IMG/VR virus record: IMGVR_UViG_3300025693_000002
Direction: 5' to 3' (one strand)
Origin: a virus
DNA: 64,000 nucleotides
Of this stretch, positions 25,659-35,459 are shown piece after piece. The number at the start of each line of letters is the position of its first letter. Position 1 is the first letter of the stretch. The position numbers and the translations under genes are program-made. The notes beneath the pieces are model-generated. The model made no database searches and was not told the origin of the DNA. It worked only from the letters and a program-made list of their open reading frames with translations.

Positions 25659-28600
25659 TTAAGCTCCTCTTACCGCTTCGCGAAGCGGGCCTGGTTTGGA
25701 GACCGCGCTCAACACTACGTCGATGATGTACTGCTTGCCGTCAAACTTCGCCTCTCCCTGCTGCTTGCCGTCTACCTGCTGCCCAGATTGGTTGATGACG
25801 TTCACCTGAACAGCCGGAGCCATTTGCTTCTGCTCGCCGCCAGCGCCTGTGAGCTGGCCATTCAGCGTAACTGGAATCGTCCGGCCGTCCGGCAGCGGGA
25901 CATAGGCTTCTGGCATCGACCCTTCGCCAAACACTGCGACCTGCGGGCTGTTTGCGATTCCGCCGTTGGCGTACTGCTTGAGCTGAGCAACGCCCCACTC
26001 GGTCATGATCCCGCCGTTTGCGAATCCGTATGCCCCCGCGTACCCGCTGGTGCTGTAGCCGGCATTGCCTGCTGCTGAGCTGACGTTCTGCTGGCCTCCA
26101 CCAAAGCCGGAAAATCCAGCTGAAAACGCGCCGATCGCTGTCTCGGCAATGCCGGCGGCCATCTTGGCCATCTGAATTTTCAGAATCTCTTTCAGGACGT
26201 GGGCAACGAAGTCCGAGATTTCCAACTTACCCGTGACCATGCCGTCAACCAGCGTGTCAACGAAGCTGTCCATCGAGGACTTCCACAGCTGCTTGTACGA
26301 CTCGGAGGCATCCTTGTTTGCTCTGATCCACTCCTGGAGACCACTCTCCTGCTGACGCTTGTATCTCGCATCAAGCGCCTCTTTGTAAGCAATATACGCT
26401 GCGTAGTCGTCACCGCCCTTGGCAAGCAGTTCTTCGTTTTTGGCGTAATACTCTTCCAACCATGCGATCTGGCGGTCGTACTCGGTCTTTGCCAGTTCAG
26501 ACTGGGTTTTCAGAGAGTCCTGAATCTGCCGGGTTTGCTCGTTCAAGCGCTTGCTGGTATCGCTAACAGCTAGTTCATCGAGACGAGCGTTGGTGTCGGC
26601 AAAGTTCTTGATGGTCTGCTCGATCTTGCCGGCCAGCTCGGTGTCGCCCAGGCTCAATGCAGTCGCCATGTGCTTCTGCAGTGTCTCGGTCAGCTTCTCC
26701 AGCTCGTCGCGATACCGCTGAGCGTCGGCAGAAGCGTTCAGCCAGGGGTTTTCGTTCTCGACCTTGTTCAGCTTGGCGCCGACCTGAGTCTCGATCTCCC
26801 CTACCCGCTCAATCGCTTCCTTGTAGCCGTTCGCAGCTTCCTTGAGGTTCTTGATCTTCTGATCAGCCTCGTAAGCTGCGGCCGCCAGCTGGGTTCCCTG
26901 CGCAACCAGCGCGTCGAAGTTGGCCGGCTTGGTATCCAGATTCTCGACGGTGGCGAACAGCTGCGCCAGGTACGGGTTGGTTTCGTCGATGTTCGCTCGC
27001 AGTCGCGCAACCTTGACGTTCAGACTGTCAACAAACTTGCTGAGCGGGTCGAACGAAGGTTTACCCTCCCCTCCTGGATTGACAAGCGTATCGTCAAGGG
27101 TCAGGCGCTTCTGGTTGTCCAGACTTTCTCTGGCTCTGTTAAGACCGTCCGTAAATGCAGCAATAAGCCGATCTTGCTTCTCAACCTCTTGGCGAAGATT
27201 CAGATTGGCGTCATTGCCCATCAGGTCAAAAACGCGCTGCGCTCGTGCCTTGGCCAGCTCCGCCTTCTCCAAAGCGGCCTCGTATGACTCAATCTGCTCC
27301 TCTATCAGAACCATGCCGATCTGACCAAGGCCGGCGTTGAACTGCTCCTGGTTGATCTCGCCCGAATCCCGCTGCTCGTAAAGCCGGCGCTTATTCAGGT
27401 TGTAATTGTTGCTGATCTGAGCGAACGCTTTTTCCTGGGCTAGAATTTCAGCCTGAGCGAACCGCTCGCCATTGATTTTTGCAATATTTTCTCTTGCAGT
27501 GATGAGATCGGCTTCAATCTTTTCGATGTTGGCGATAGCCCTGAGCTTCGCCTCTTCCGACCGACTCTGTTGAGCCTCGTTGAATCCGGTCGATGTGTCG
27601 AACAGCCCATCAAACCTTTTCTTGAAATCATCCTGAGCGCGCTCGTAAGCGCGCTCCAGAACGCCAAGCTCGTCAATATTGGTCAGAGCGCCATTGAGGT
27701 CAAGAACCGCCTTTTCAGCTTCCTTTAGGGACTCCTTGTAGCTCTGCCACGCAGCGACCCCAGCAATTGCAGCTGTCGCGGCCAGACCGATTGGGCCGGC
27801 TATGACGCCTGCAGCTGCGCCCAGACCAGACAGGCTGACTCGGGCAACTCCTGCAGCTGCGCCTGTCGATGTAATGGATCGGCTCGCGACTGCCAAAGGG
27901 TTGTTCAGCCCAAGAGCGCTATCGCTAAGAGCCTTCATCCCCTGACCCATAGTCAGGCTTCTCGCTCCCGCGCTACCCAAGGCTGTGGTCATGACCGCAA
28001 GTCCACCACTTACCGCGCCAATAGCTCCGCGCGCAATGCTCAAGAGCTTCATGGCGCCGTAGAGATACAGAATCGCCTTACCCCACTCGTAGATTTCCTT
28101 GCGGTTTTCCGCAATCCACTTCACGCCAGTCGCGGCAACCTTCACCAACTCGGCCAGCGCAAGGCCAAGATCGCGAGCGCTGGCCAGCACTTCCGGTCGG
28201 TTTAGAATTTCGGTGATTTCGTTCAGTTCGTGGGTGAGGGTTTTGAAGTACCCACCCTCCGCATAGCCGTCAGCTTCAAGACCGCCAATTGCCAGGGCGA
28301 TTCGACGAGCGCCGGTTTCAAACTGAGCTACAGCCCCGCCCCAGGTGTCCATCATCGCCGCAGCTCGACCGCGGAAACTCCGCTCAAGCTCTTCCATCAT
28401 CGCCTGAACTGCAGGTTTTGCTGAAACGCGACCCAAACTGATCTGTTTTACGAGGTCAGAATATGTAGTGCTCAAAGCATCTGCCATCGCGTTAATTGCG
28501 GTTGGCACGCTCTCGCCGAGCTGCTGTCTGAGTTCTTCCATACTGACAACGCCCTTGCCGCTCATCTGTTGCAAGGCTACAGCTGCGCGCTCAAGGTTTT

Positions 28601-29105
28601 GGTCGGTGCCGCCGAACGCCGCTACAGAGTCCAAAAGCGTGTTTAAACTATTTTGAGCTGGATTCATTCCAGCTACCCGGAGCTTAACGAAGGCGTTGGT
28701 GATTGAGTTCAGGTTGAATGGCGCGGAGGCCGCTCTGTTGAGAAGGGCTTGAACGTCTTGAATCGCTTCGGCGGTTGCCGCAGCCCCGTCTCTCTGACTA
28801 GAGAAGTTGCGCATCAGCTGAATGGATCGCTCCATGTCGCTGTTTACGCGAACAATCGACTTCTGCCACCCAATAGTTACGTCGGATACGGTCTGAATCG
28901 CAGATCGAATCAGACCCAGCGTGATTACCGTATCGCGAAACGCCCGGCCCCAGCTGCGCTGCCCAGCCTCTGCTTTGCGAACAACCTTGTCGGCTTCTTC
29001 TGCGCCTCGAATGAAGCGGCGAAGTTCGCCGTCCGCCTTCTTGATGTTGAAAGAAAACTCGTCGCCGTCAACCGAAAGCTCAACAACCAACCGACCCAGA
29101 CTCAT
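25659..29105 (-). CDS. tape measure protein
   Basis: 1148 aa, helical, with Gly/Ala-rich hydrophobic stretches. Follows the G/T chaperone pair. Confidence 0.9.
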   Translation of the reverse strand: MSLGRLVVELSVDGDEFSFNIKKADGELRRFIRGAEEADKVVRKAEAGQRSWGRAFRDTVITLGLIRSAIQTVSDVTIGWQKSIVRVNSDMERSIQLMRNFSSQRDGAAATAEAIQDVQALLNRAASAPFNLNSITNAFVKLRVAGMNPAQNSLNTLLDSVAAFGGTDQNLERAAVALQQMSGKGVVSMEELRQQLGESVPTAINAMADALSTTYSDLVKQISLGRVSAKPAVQAMMEELERSFRGRAAAMMDTWGGAVAQFETGARRIALAIGGLEADGYAEGGYFKTLTHELNEITEILNRPEVLASARDLGLALAELVKVAATGVKWIAENRKEIYEWGKAILYLYGAMKLLSIARGAIGAVSGGLAVMTTALGSAGARSLTMGQGMKALSDSALGLNNPLAVASRSITSTGAAAGVARVSLSGLGAAAGVIAGPIGLAATAAIAGVAAWQSYKESLKEAEKAVLDLNGALTNIDELGVLERAYERAQDDFKKRFDGLFDTSTGFNEAQQSRSEEAKLRAIANIEKIEADLITARENIAKINGERFAQAEILAQEKAFAQISNNYNLNKRRLYEQRDSGEINQEQFNAGLGQIGMVLIEEQIESYEAALEKAELAKARAQRVFDLMGNDANLNLRQEVEKQDRLIAAFTDGLNRARESLDNQKRLTLDDTLVNPGGEGKPSFDPLSKFVDSLNVKVARLRANIDETNPYLAQLFATVENLDTKPANFDALVAQGTQLAAAAYEADQKIKNLKEAANGYKEAIERVGEIETQVGAKLNKVENENPWLNASADAQRYRDELEKLTETLQKHMATALSLGDTELAGKIEQTIKNFADTNARLDELAVSDTSKRLNEQTRQIQDSLKTQSELAKTEYDRQIAWLEEYYAKNEELLAKGGDDYAAYIAYKEALDARYKRQQESGLQEWIRANKDASESYKQLWKSSMDSFVDTLVDGMVTGKLEISDFVAHVLKEILKIQMAKMAAGIAETAIGAFSAGFSGFGGGQQNVSSAAGNAGYSTSGYAGAYGFANGGIMTEWGVAQLKQYANGGIANSPQVAVFGEGSMPEAYVPLPDGRTIPVTLNGQLTGAGGEQKQMAPAVQVNVINQSGQQVDGKQQGEAKFDGKQYIIDVVLSAVSKPGPLREAVRGA

Positions 29106-29112
29106 TCACACC

Positions 29113-29364
29113 TCATTCAATCAGCTTCAAAAACTTCGCTCTCGCGCCTGGCTCGGGTGCTACACGAATGTTCCGCCGAAGCCTCGACGTTTCGCCTATT
29201 TCCAGCGTCAGTCGGCTGATGTAGTCATTCACGTTGTTCAGCTTTGCTTGGCTGTCCGGTGGTGAAGTGACGAGATTTGCCTGGACCGCGCGGAGTTCCG
29301 ATTCAGCTCGGATGCGTTCAATTTGGCGGTTCATCGACCAGAACCGCCGAGCTGGCATCTGCAA
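29113..29364 (-). CDS. tail assembly chaperone frameshift extension (gpT-like)
   Basis: Frame is -1 relative to ORF 29442..29780 and stays open from 29484 downward with no stop. No SD before ATG 29364. Confidence 0.55.
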   Translation of the reverse strand: MQMPARRFWSMNRQIERIRAESELRAVQANLVTSPPDSQAKLNNVNDYISRLTLEIGETSRLRRNIRVAPEPGARAKFLKLIE

Positions 29365-29441
29365 AACGTGGGTGTCAGTCCACCCGTAGAACCAGCAAAA
29401 TCGGGAGAAGAGAAAGGCGAAGTCGATAGCCTCGACGGCTT

Positions 29442-29780
29442 CTACTCCCCCGCTTTGGTTTCCTTCACGCCTTCGTCGGCTTGGCTAGCCGCCTCAGCAA
29501 CAAGCGCTTCCGGGTCTTGATTGGCGAACTGCAGCAGCGCAACCATTTGGCGCAGTGACATAGAGCGGATAACCGAAACTTCGCAGTCCGGGATTACCGC
29601 TTGTACAGTCGCAACCATCGAATTCAGGAAGTCTTCTTCGGTGCTGGTGCTTGCGCGCTTGGCGATATTGATCGACTCGATCATCTGCCCAACGCTGCGG
29701 TCATTTACGGCATAGCGTTTGCCGCGCAGATTCACGAAGCGCTCGATAGTGGTCAGCTCGTCAAGGTTCAGAAGTTCCAT
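29442..29780 (-). CDS. tail assembly chaperone (gpG-like)
   Basis: 112-aa acidic protein between the major tail and tape measure genes. Confidence 0.7.
   Translation of the reverse strand: MELLNLDELTTIERFVNLRGKRYAVNDRSVGQMIESINIAKRASTSTEEDFLNSMVATVQAVIPDCEVSVIRSMSLRQMVALLQFANQDPEALVAEAASQADEGVKETKAGE
29445..29484 (-). promoter_or_regulatory. G/T frameshift window (no canonical heptamer; G GGG GAG run)
   Basis: The -1 frame is open only from 29484 and the G stop is at 29444..29442. The only homopolymeric run is GGGGG at 29451..29447. Confidence 0.35.
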
Positions 29781-29794
29781 TTTGTTCTCCAGTC

Positions 29795-29815
29795 AGCGGC
29801 TCTCTGGGAGCCGCT
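29795..29815 (-). terminator. strong hairpin after the major tail gene (no U run)
   Basis: AGCGGCTC-CCAGA-GAGCCGCT. May act as an attenuator or mRNA stabiliser. Confidence 0.35.
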
Positions 29816-29837
29816 TATCTAAGTAGTTAGTGAGGTG

Positions 29838-30377
29838 TTAGGGGTTGGTGACAGTCTTGTCGCCGTACAGGAACAGAACGCCATCGGCGTCCGGGTAGCC
29901 TTTGAAGTCGCAGTTGAAAACCCGCTCCTGATCGTACTTGTACGCGAAGTTCATCGCGCCGGCAGTAGCGGCCAGGGGGATAGTCAGGTCTTCGCTTACG
30001 TCGGAATCAGGACGATCGATCGGGTGCAGAACCAGCTCGGCTGCGATATCCAGCAGAGAGGTGCCCACGCCAGTTTTGACCACGACCTTCTTCTTCGGGT
30101 TTTGCGGGTCAGTGTTGTCGGTGATCAACTCTGCCGCCGGCATTACTGCGGCCATACGCTCCAGAGTCGTTTCGGCCAACGGAGCCTTAACGACAATGTT
30201 GCGACCCATGATGCGCTCGTTGACGATAGTGTCGCCAAATTGGTCAACCTTGGTTTCGTGGGTTGAGGTGGTGACCTCGACCTCGACGCCACCCATAGTC
30301 AAACCAAGATCGGCGCCACCCAGGCTGATCTTGCAAGTACCCATCTTGATATTTTCGGTGGATTGGTTTGCTGCCAT
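29838..30377 (-). CDS. major tail (tube) protein
   Basis: 179 aa, position upstream of G/T, followed by a strong hairpin at 29795..29815. Confidence 0.65.
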   Translation of the reverse strand: MAANQSTENIKMGTCKISLGGADLGLTMGGVEVEVTTSTHETKVDQFGDTIVNERIMGRNIVVKAPLAETTLERMAAVMPAAELITDNTDPQNPKKKVVVKTGVGTSLLDIAAELVLHPIDRPDSDVSEDLTIPLAATAGAMNFAYKYDQERVFNCDFKGYPDADGVLFLYGDKTVTNP

Positions 30378-30380
30378 TAC

Positions 30381-30764
30381 TTACTCCCAGTTGTCAGCTA
30401 CGAATTGGTAGTTGACGGAAGCCTCAAACTGGCCGCCGTCTGAACGCGGATAAACGAGAGGGTCGTGCTTGGGTTGAATGAACTTGAACCGTACCCCACC
30501 GATCTCCACACCTTTCAATCGCAACACACGTTTGATTGCGACGGCTTGATCGCCAGCCTCGTCGCCAGTGTCGGCGCGGCAAACGACCTGAAAGGAGCCT
30601 TTTCTCATGCCGGTATACGGGTCTTCATCGATAGTAGTCCGAACCAACACGACAGAGCCGACTTCCACCTCTGCCGGCATGTAACCTCTGAAAAGCGTCT
30701 TTCCTCTCACACCAAGACCGTTTGACTCCAGGTGCAAAAGAATGGCTTGAAGCAGAATTTTCAT
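30381..30764 (-). CDS. tail terminator / tail completion protein (by position)
   Basis: 127 aa, directly upstream of the major tail gene. Confidence 0.4.
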   Translation of the reverse strand: MKILLQAILLHLESNGLGVRGKTLFRGYMPAEVEVGSVVLVRTTIDEDPYTGMRKGSFQVVCRADTGDEAGDQAVAIKRVLRLKGVEIGGVRFKFIQPKHDPLVYPRSDGGQFEASVNYQFVADNWE

Positions 30765-31204
30765 CGCAGTAGCGCCTTATGAATAACTTCGCGCGCCGCC
30801 TCGCGAATCTGATCCGCGTTGTCTTCGATTGCGCGCTCAAGGTATTTTGCACCTACGCCCACGTCGACCATCGCGTCCTTCTTCTGAGATTTCGGCCCGA
30901 GGTTGTATATGCCTTCATGCATTTCCATCGCGTAGTCAAAGCCGTCTCTGGAGTCCAGGTCGAGCCTTTCCAGATCGACATACACGTCAACCGTCTTGCG
31001 ATTGAAGCCGTCGCGATGCGCGTTATCCTCAGAGACGATGGCGTTTTCAAGGTCGTAGGTATCAACCGGGGCGCGGAGCTTGGCTTGGCCGGCGATAAAC
31101 TTGCCCGCATCACGCAGAAAAGCGAGGGACGCCTTGTCCACTCGCTCTTGAGTCCTGCTGAGGTTTGCCAGCAGCCCTGCGCCGCCTTTGATCTTTACGC
31201 CCAC
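30761..31204 (-). CDS. HK97 gp10-like head-tail connector protein
   Basis: 147 aa; the AKLRAPVDTYDLENAI region resembles the gp10 family. Confidence 0.5.
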   Translation of the reverse strand: MGVKIKGGAGLLANLSRTQERVDKASLAFLRDAGKFIAGQAKLRAPVDTYDLENAIVSEDNAHRDGFNRKTVDVYVDLERLDLDSRDGFDYAMEMHEGIYNLGPKSQKKDAMVDVGVGAKYLERAIEDNADQIREAAREVIHKALLR

Positions 31205-31542
31205 TACAACTCCACTTGGTAGTGATCCAGAACGCCGTCCATCGCGAAGACCTTGCGAACCCCGGTGATCTTGAATCGGTCGCCTGCGATCTCCAGCAGG
31301 TCATCTTCCTTCGGAACAACGCGCGGGTGCATCAACACTCGTCCCTTCTCCAGCTGCTCGTCCGCATAGCTCTTGGTGCCTGAGCGGTCAGCCCGAACAG
31401 AGGTTGGGTCTACGTTGGTCGCCAGGCGGACGATACTGATCCCAACGTCGATGGCCGGGAGCCAGGTTCTATTACCTGACTCGTCGTACTCACCCGAAGC
31501 TCGAATCAACTTGGCCTTGCTTACTGGAATAAAAACTGTCAT
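31204..31542 (-). CDS. head-tail adaptor / head closure protein (by position)
   Basis: 112 aa in the connector block. Confidence 0.35.
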   Translation of the reverse strand: MTVFIPVSKAKLIRASGEYDESGNRTWLPAIDVGISIVRLATNVDPTSVRADRSGTKSYADEQLEKGRVLMHPRVVPKEDDLLEIAGDRFKITGVRKVFAMDGVLDHYQVEL

Positions 31543-31560
31543 GCCTAATTATACCACGGA

Positions 31561-31582
31561 ACTAACTAACGGAATAGTTAGG
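31561..31582. promoter_or_regulatory. TAACTAAC-N4-TAGTTA palindrome motif
   Basis: ACTAACTAACGGAATAGTTAGG, overlapping the stop of ORF 31562..32272. Confidence 0.45.
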
Positions 31583-32272
31583 CTGCAGAAGCGACTTGGA
31601 GTTGTGGTGAAAAATGGAAGGTTGGATAGCGTCGAAATTATCGAGCTTGATCACCGTTCCGTTTTTGCTTCCACCGCTTGCAACCCCTTCCTCGATCCCA
31701 GAACTAACAAGCGCGTAAACCAGAGACGTATTGAACAGCTGCCGATACGCCCAATTCACTTCGCGGAACACATGAACTTCCGATTTGATATGGCGATCCG
31801 CTTTGTCCAGGTGCGAGAAGGTCAGATCAGTGGACAACTGCTCAGTTGTCGCAAAGAACCGGCCCTGTACCAGTTGATTGCGCACGAACGTGTCGGTTTT
31901 CCGCACGTCTGCTGCTGCTTGCTTCTCGAATACACTCATAAGCTGGGTCGAGAAGCCCGCTGTGAGCGATTCTGACACCGCCACCACTCGATCATCGACA
32001 GAGACTTCGGGAACAGTCGAAGCGCGCTCTCGCGCGATTACAGACGTATAGGCGAGGTCTTGGGAGACGATATCGGCGATGTTGTCCAGGAAGCGGTCTT
32101 TGATCGCGTCCAGGTTGCTCTTGATGCTCAAGAACGACTTGGTGCCTGCAGACAGGCCGGCCATGATATCTGCGGCCGACCCGCGCAGTGCGGTGGTGAA
32201 GTATTGATAGTTCTCGACGGCTCGCTGAACCATCGCGGCTACTTGGGCGTTATCTTGAGATTCGTACTGCAT
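31562..32272 (-). CDS. hypothetical structural protein
   Basis: 236-aa ORF in the head-to-connector block. Confidence 0.5.
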   Translation of the reverse strand: MQYESQDNAQVAAMVQRAVENYQYFTTALRGSAADIMAGLSAGTKSFLSIKSNLDAIKDRFLDNIADIVSQDLAYTSVIARERASTVPEVSVDDRVVAVSESLTAGFSTQLMSVFEKQAAADVRKTDTFVRNQLVQGRFFATTEQLSTDLTFSHLDKADRHIKSEVHVFREVNWAYRQLFNTSLVYALVSSGIEEGVASGGSKNGTVIKLDNFDAIQPSIFHHNSKSLLQPNYSVS

Positions 32273-33032
32273 AAGAAATCAATCCCCATAGCGCCTGAGC
32301 GGTCTTCCGAGAAACCGGAAGGTCGAGGGGCTTGGTTGTACGGTAGAAGTGAGTGGATTCGCCGGCACTGTGCGACAGCAGACCCATCATGCGGTGACGT
32401 TCAATCGGGTTGCCACCCAACAGACTTTCAGCCTCGATCAGCTGAGCCTGCATGAGCTGCGACTGAACGCGGTTGTTCAGACTGGCAATATCGTCTTCGG
32501 TCAGATCAAGGGTTGTCTTGATTTCAGCGATGCGCTCCAGAGGCAGCAGCGGCTCGCGGTATCGAGTTGGCCCAGAGAGATTGACCGACAGTCGGCCGAT
32601 GTTGTGATACGCGCTGATCAGTGCGGCAATCTGCTCTTCCCGGGAGGCGTTCATGAACACCGGGAGGTCAGCTCGATTCATGGCTTCCAGCAGCAGATCG
32701 CGAATCGGGGCAAACGAGTTGACCGCCACGCGCAGCAGACTGTCTGAGCTGATCACCATTTCTTCGTGAACGGTGGTCACGACGGCGCCGATGGCGTCTT
32801 TGAAGGTGAAGGTGAAATCAGCGAACGAGCGGATCGCTTCGATGGTTGTTGCGCTGCCAGGAACAACAATGCCGGTGGCCAGCACTTCGGAGAATGGGAG
32901 GGATTGTGACCAGACTTCAACACCGTCAACCACCACGACCGCATCGACAGTATCAGCGGCTACAGGGTAGCCGCTAACACCAGCTTCAACGGGGAAGGTG
33001 ATAGAGGTGCCGGACTTTACGACACTCACCAT
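32250..33032 (-). CDS. hypothetical structural protein
   Basis: 260-aa ORF in the head-to-connector block. Confidence 0.5.
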   Translation of the reverse strand: MVSVVKSGTSITFPVEAGVSGYPVAADTVDAVVVVDGVEVWSQSLPFSEVLATGIVVPGSATTIEAIRSFADFTFTFKDAIGAVVTTVHEEMVISSDSLLRVAVNSFAPIRDLLLEAMNRADLPVFMNASREEQIAALISAYHNIGRLSVNLSGPTRYREPLLPLERIAEIKTTLDLTEDDIASLNNRVQSQLMQAQLIEAESLLGGNPIERHRMMGLLSHSAGESTHFYRTTKPLDLPVSRKTAQALWGLISYAVRISR

Positions 33033-33037
33033 CAGCC

Positions 33038-33526
33038 TTACTCCTGTTCAGCAGCCGCTTTCAGAGCCATCAGCTCAGTGATGATTTCGGCAATGGCGCG
33101 GCCTTTGATGCCGTAGGGTTCGGCAAAGCTACGCAGACCGGCGATGCCCTGGCTATCGGCCAGCGATTCCAGTTGCTCCTGAGTGAAGTCAAACACCAGC
33201 GAAGCCGGGCCGGAGACCGGGGCTTGCTCAGTTTCGACCTTCTCTTCGACAACCGGGACTGCTTGAGCTTGTTCGCTGTTCGGCTGGGTCGCGCCAGATA
33301 CGCCCTTGCCTGCCTTGATCAGATCGTCAACCCCATGACCTTTCACGTCGATCATGCGCTGGGTGGCGGACGGGTTCACGCCTTCCAGGGTTTCGCACTT
33401 GATGATGCAGCCAAGGCGCTCAGCTTCGGCGATACTGATGTTCTCAGATACGCCGTCAACGAACTGAACAGAGCCAAGCAGACCAGTCAGATTGGCAAAG
33501 CCGGGATCAGTAATTCGTACTTGCAT
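33038..33526 (-). CDS. hypothetical head-associated protein (possible decoration protein, SAP/Rho-N-like C-terminus)
   Basis: 162 aa, directly after the major capsid terminator hairpin. C-terminal LRSFAEPYGIKGRAIAEIITEL motif. Confidence 0.4.
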   Translation of the reverse strand: MQVRITDPGFANLTGLLGSVQFVDGVSENISIAEAERLGCIIKCETLEGVNPSATQRMIDVKGHGVDDLIKAGKGVSGATQPNSEQAQAVPVVEEKVETEQAPVSGPASLVFDFTQEQLESLADSQGIAGLRSFAEPYGIKGRAIAEIITELMALKAAAEQE

Positions 33527-33540
33527 TCTTTTCTCCTGAC

Positions 33541-33570
33541 AAAAAGGGGCGCGGTCGCCCGCACCCCTTT
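33541..33570 (-). terminator. intrinsic terminator after the major capsid gene
   Basis: Minus strand GGGGTGCGG-GCGA-CCGCGCCCC-TTTTT. Confidence 0.75.
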
Positions 33571-33576
33571 ATAACA

Positions 33577-33595
33577 CACTAACCGCTTAGTGAGG
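33577..33595. promoter_or_regulatory. ACTAAC/TTAGTG palindrome motif
   Basis: CACTAA-CCGC-TTAGTGAGG between the capsid stop and its terminator. Confidence 0.45.
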
Positions 33596-33598
33596 CGA

Positions 33599-34504
33599 TT
33601 AGACGTTGGTGACACCGCGAGTCGCGGCCAGCGACTTGGTGGCTTTCAGAGCGGCACCGCAGTACCACTTCAGACGGGTGCGGGTCGCGTCCTTGTTCTG
33701 GACGGTGCCGATATCTTCAACACGGATACCCGCGCTGGAGCCACCGAACAGACCGTGCAGACCGTCCACTTCGTTCAGGCGCATTGCGTAGATGGAAGTG
33801 GTGTCGGTAGCCGAACCCTGAGCAACGCCCTTCGGAATGAAGTCGTTGATGATGATCGGAATACCGTCGTGGGCCGGAACCGCCAGGCCGAAGTTGTCGA
33901 TCTGCAGCATGCCACCAGTGTTACCACCAGCTGCGCGCCACAGGGTTTTCAGTGCGCGGAAGGTGCCAGAACGCATCATCAGAGCGTCGGGGCGACCGTT
34001 TACCATGTCGATCAGCTCGTCGATCATGGACAGGGACAGCGCGGAGCCGTTGGCGCCGGCCTCGAAGAAGTTGCCGGTGTCGCTGACCAGCTTGCCAATA
34101 CCGTCGAAAGACTTCGGATTGACGGTGCTGTCACCCTGAACCAGAGCGCGACGGAAAGCGGTGGACATACCCTTCGCCTTGAGAGCGATCTGGGTAGCCA
34201 GCTGGTCGTGCTTGTCGGACATGGTTTCGTCGAGGAACTTGTCCACGTCTACGTCACCAGCGATGATGCGCAGCTTGGTGGTCACTTCTTCGACTTCGGA
34301 TGCTTCTTCCGGGATGACTTCGTTCACATCCAGGAACACGCCTTCGCTGTTGGTCTTCTCACGGATGTAGACCAGCGCCTTGCCGTCGGTTCGTTGGAAC
34401 GGCAGCAGAGCCAGCAGATCGTCCTTATGGACGATTTCTTCAATCACGCCGCGAATCATGTCCTCTTGGGACAGAGTTTCGGCTACTTCACGCATCAATG
34501 GCAT
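33599..34504 (-). CDS. major capsid protein
   Basis: 301 aa after the scaffold gene. SD AAGGAG sits in the loop of motif 34509..34527. Followed by an intrinsic terminator. Confidence 0.75.
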   Translation of the reverse strand: MPLMREVAETLSQEDMIRGVIEEIVHKDDLLALLPFQRTDGKALVYIREKTNSEGVFLDVNEVIPEEASEVEEVTTKLRIIAGDVDVDKFLDETMSDKHDQLATQIALKAKGMSTAFRRALVQGDSTVNPKSFDGIGKLVSDTGNFFEAGANGSALSLSMIDELIDMVNGRPDALMMRSGTFRALKTLWRAAGGNTGGMLQIDNFGLAVPAHDGIPIIINDFIPKGVAQGSATDTTSIYAMRLNEVDGLHGLFGGSSAGIRVEDIGTVQNKDATRTRLKWYCGAALKATKSLAATRGVTNV

Positions 34505-34508
34505 ATTT

Positions 34509-34527
34509 CACTAACTCCTTAGTTAGT
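34509..34527. promoter_or_regulatory. palindrome motif enclosing the capsid SD
   Basis: Sense strand ACTAACT-AAGG-AGTTAGT-GAAAT-ATG: the SD AAGGAG lies in the loop and 3-prime arm. Confidence 0.5.
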
Positions 34528-34568
34528 TTGAACTTGGGATAACCAGCAAGCCCCGGCCCGTAGACCCC

Positions 34569-35459
34569 TTACTGATTCTGAGACATTTTGGTCAGCGCAT
34601 GACTGATGCGACCTACCCCGGATGCCACCTGCTTGGCCGGCTCAGGCTTCTTGCCTGTATCCACGTTGCTCGATGCGGCGCCTGGCTTGCCTTGAGCGCG
34701 CAGAAGCGCAGCAGAGTCAGGGTGAGAGGCGTACAGAACGCCAATTGCGTCGTCGAACTTGCGGAATTTGCCTTCGGCATCAACCAGCGGAGTTCGATCT
34801 GCCGCACCACGCGGTTTGTCGTACACGACGACAGTGCCGTCAACCAGGTCAACGTAGTCGCCAAACTCCTTGCGAGCGATGCTGGCAGGGATCAGGCTCT
34901 TTTCACGGATGTAGGCGCTTTCTGCAAACGCGCGACCGACGGTCATTTCGTTGACAGCGCCGTCCTTCTCTGCCAGGGCGGCACGCAGCGAAGCGATTTC
35001 GTCCATCAGGCTTTGCTTTTCGCGCTGACTTTCGGTCTTTACTTGCTCCAGAATGCGGTCGTATTCTCCGCGCTTTTCCATCGCAATGCGGTCAGCTTCT
35101 TTCCGCTCAGCGATCAGCGCAGCAACGTCTTCCGGCTTCATATCGCCCAGCACGCCAGTGATCTTGGACAGTTGATCTTCCAAGTCCTTAGTGCGCTGCT
35201 TGAACTTCATGGTGTCACGAAGCAACTGGTGCTCGGTGTCACTCATGCCGGGTTTCGCATCCTTGTCTGCGGGCTTGCCGTCGCCCTCAGCGCCTTCACC
35301 TTTGTCGGCAGTTCCTGCCGGCTTATCAGTGGTTTCTGGCTTTTCTGAGGCTGGGTCGGCCGCGGCGGGGGTTTGACCTGGCAGGTCATTACCATTGCCG
35401 TCGTTCGCTTCCATTACGACATTCGCTCGCTTGAGGAGCCATACGAGGTGTTGGGGCAT
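34569..35459 (-). CDS. scaffolding protein
   Basis: Acidic, Pro/Ala-rich N-terminus plus a long coiled coil, between portal and capsid. TAATG coupling to the portal stop; an alternative start is ATG 35414. Confidence 0.65.
   Translation of the reverse strand: MPQHLVWLLKRANVVMEANDGNGNDLPGQTPAAADPASEKPETTDKPAGTADKGEGAEGDGKPADKDAKPGMSDTEHQLLRDTMKFKQRTKDLEDQLSKITGVLGDMKPEDVAALIAERKEADRIAMEKRGEYDRILEQVKTESQREKQSLMDEIASLRAALAEKDGAVNEMTVGRAFAESAYIREKSLIPASIARKEFGDYVDLVDGTVVVYDKPRGAADRTPLVDAEGKFRKFDDAIGVLYASHPDSAALLRAQGKPGAASSNVDTGKKPEPAKQVASGVGRISHALTKMSQNQ

Noticed and set aside
33590-34522. A 310-aa plus-strand ORF covering the whole capsid gene.
   Set aside because: It is the antisense of a capsid-sized ORF that fits the operon order and has a strong SD. 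The composition (Gly/Val/Asp/Arg) is typical of an antisense artefact in GC-rich coding DNA.
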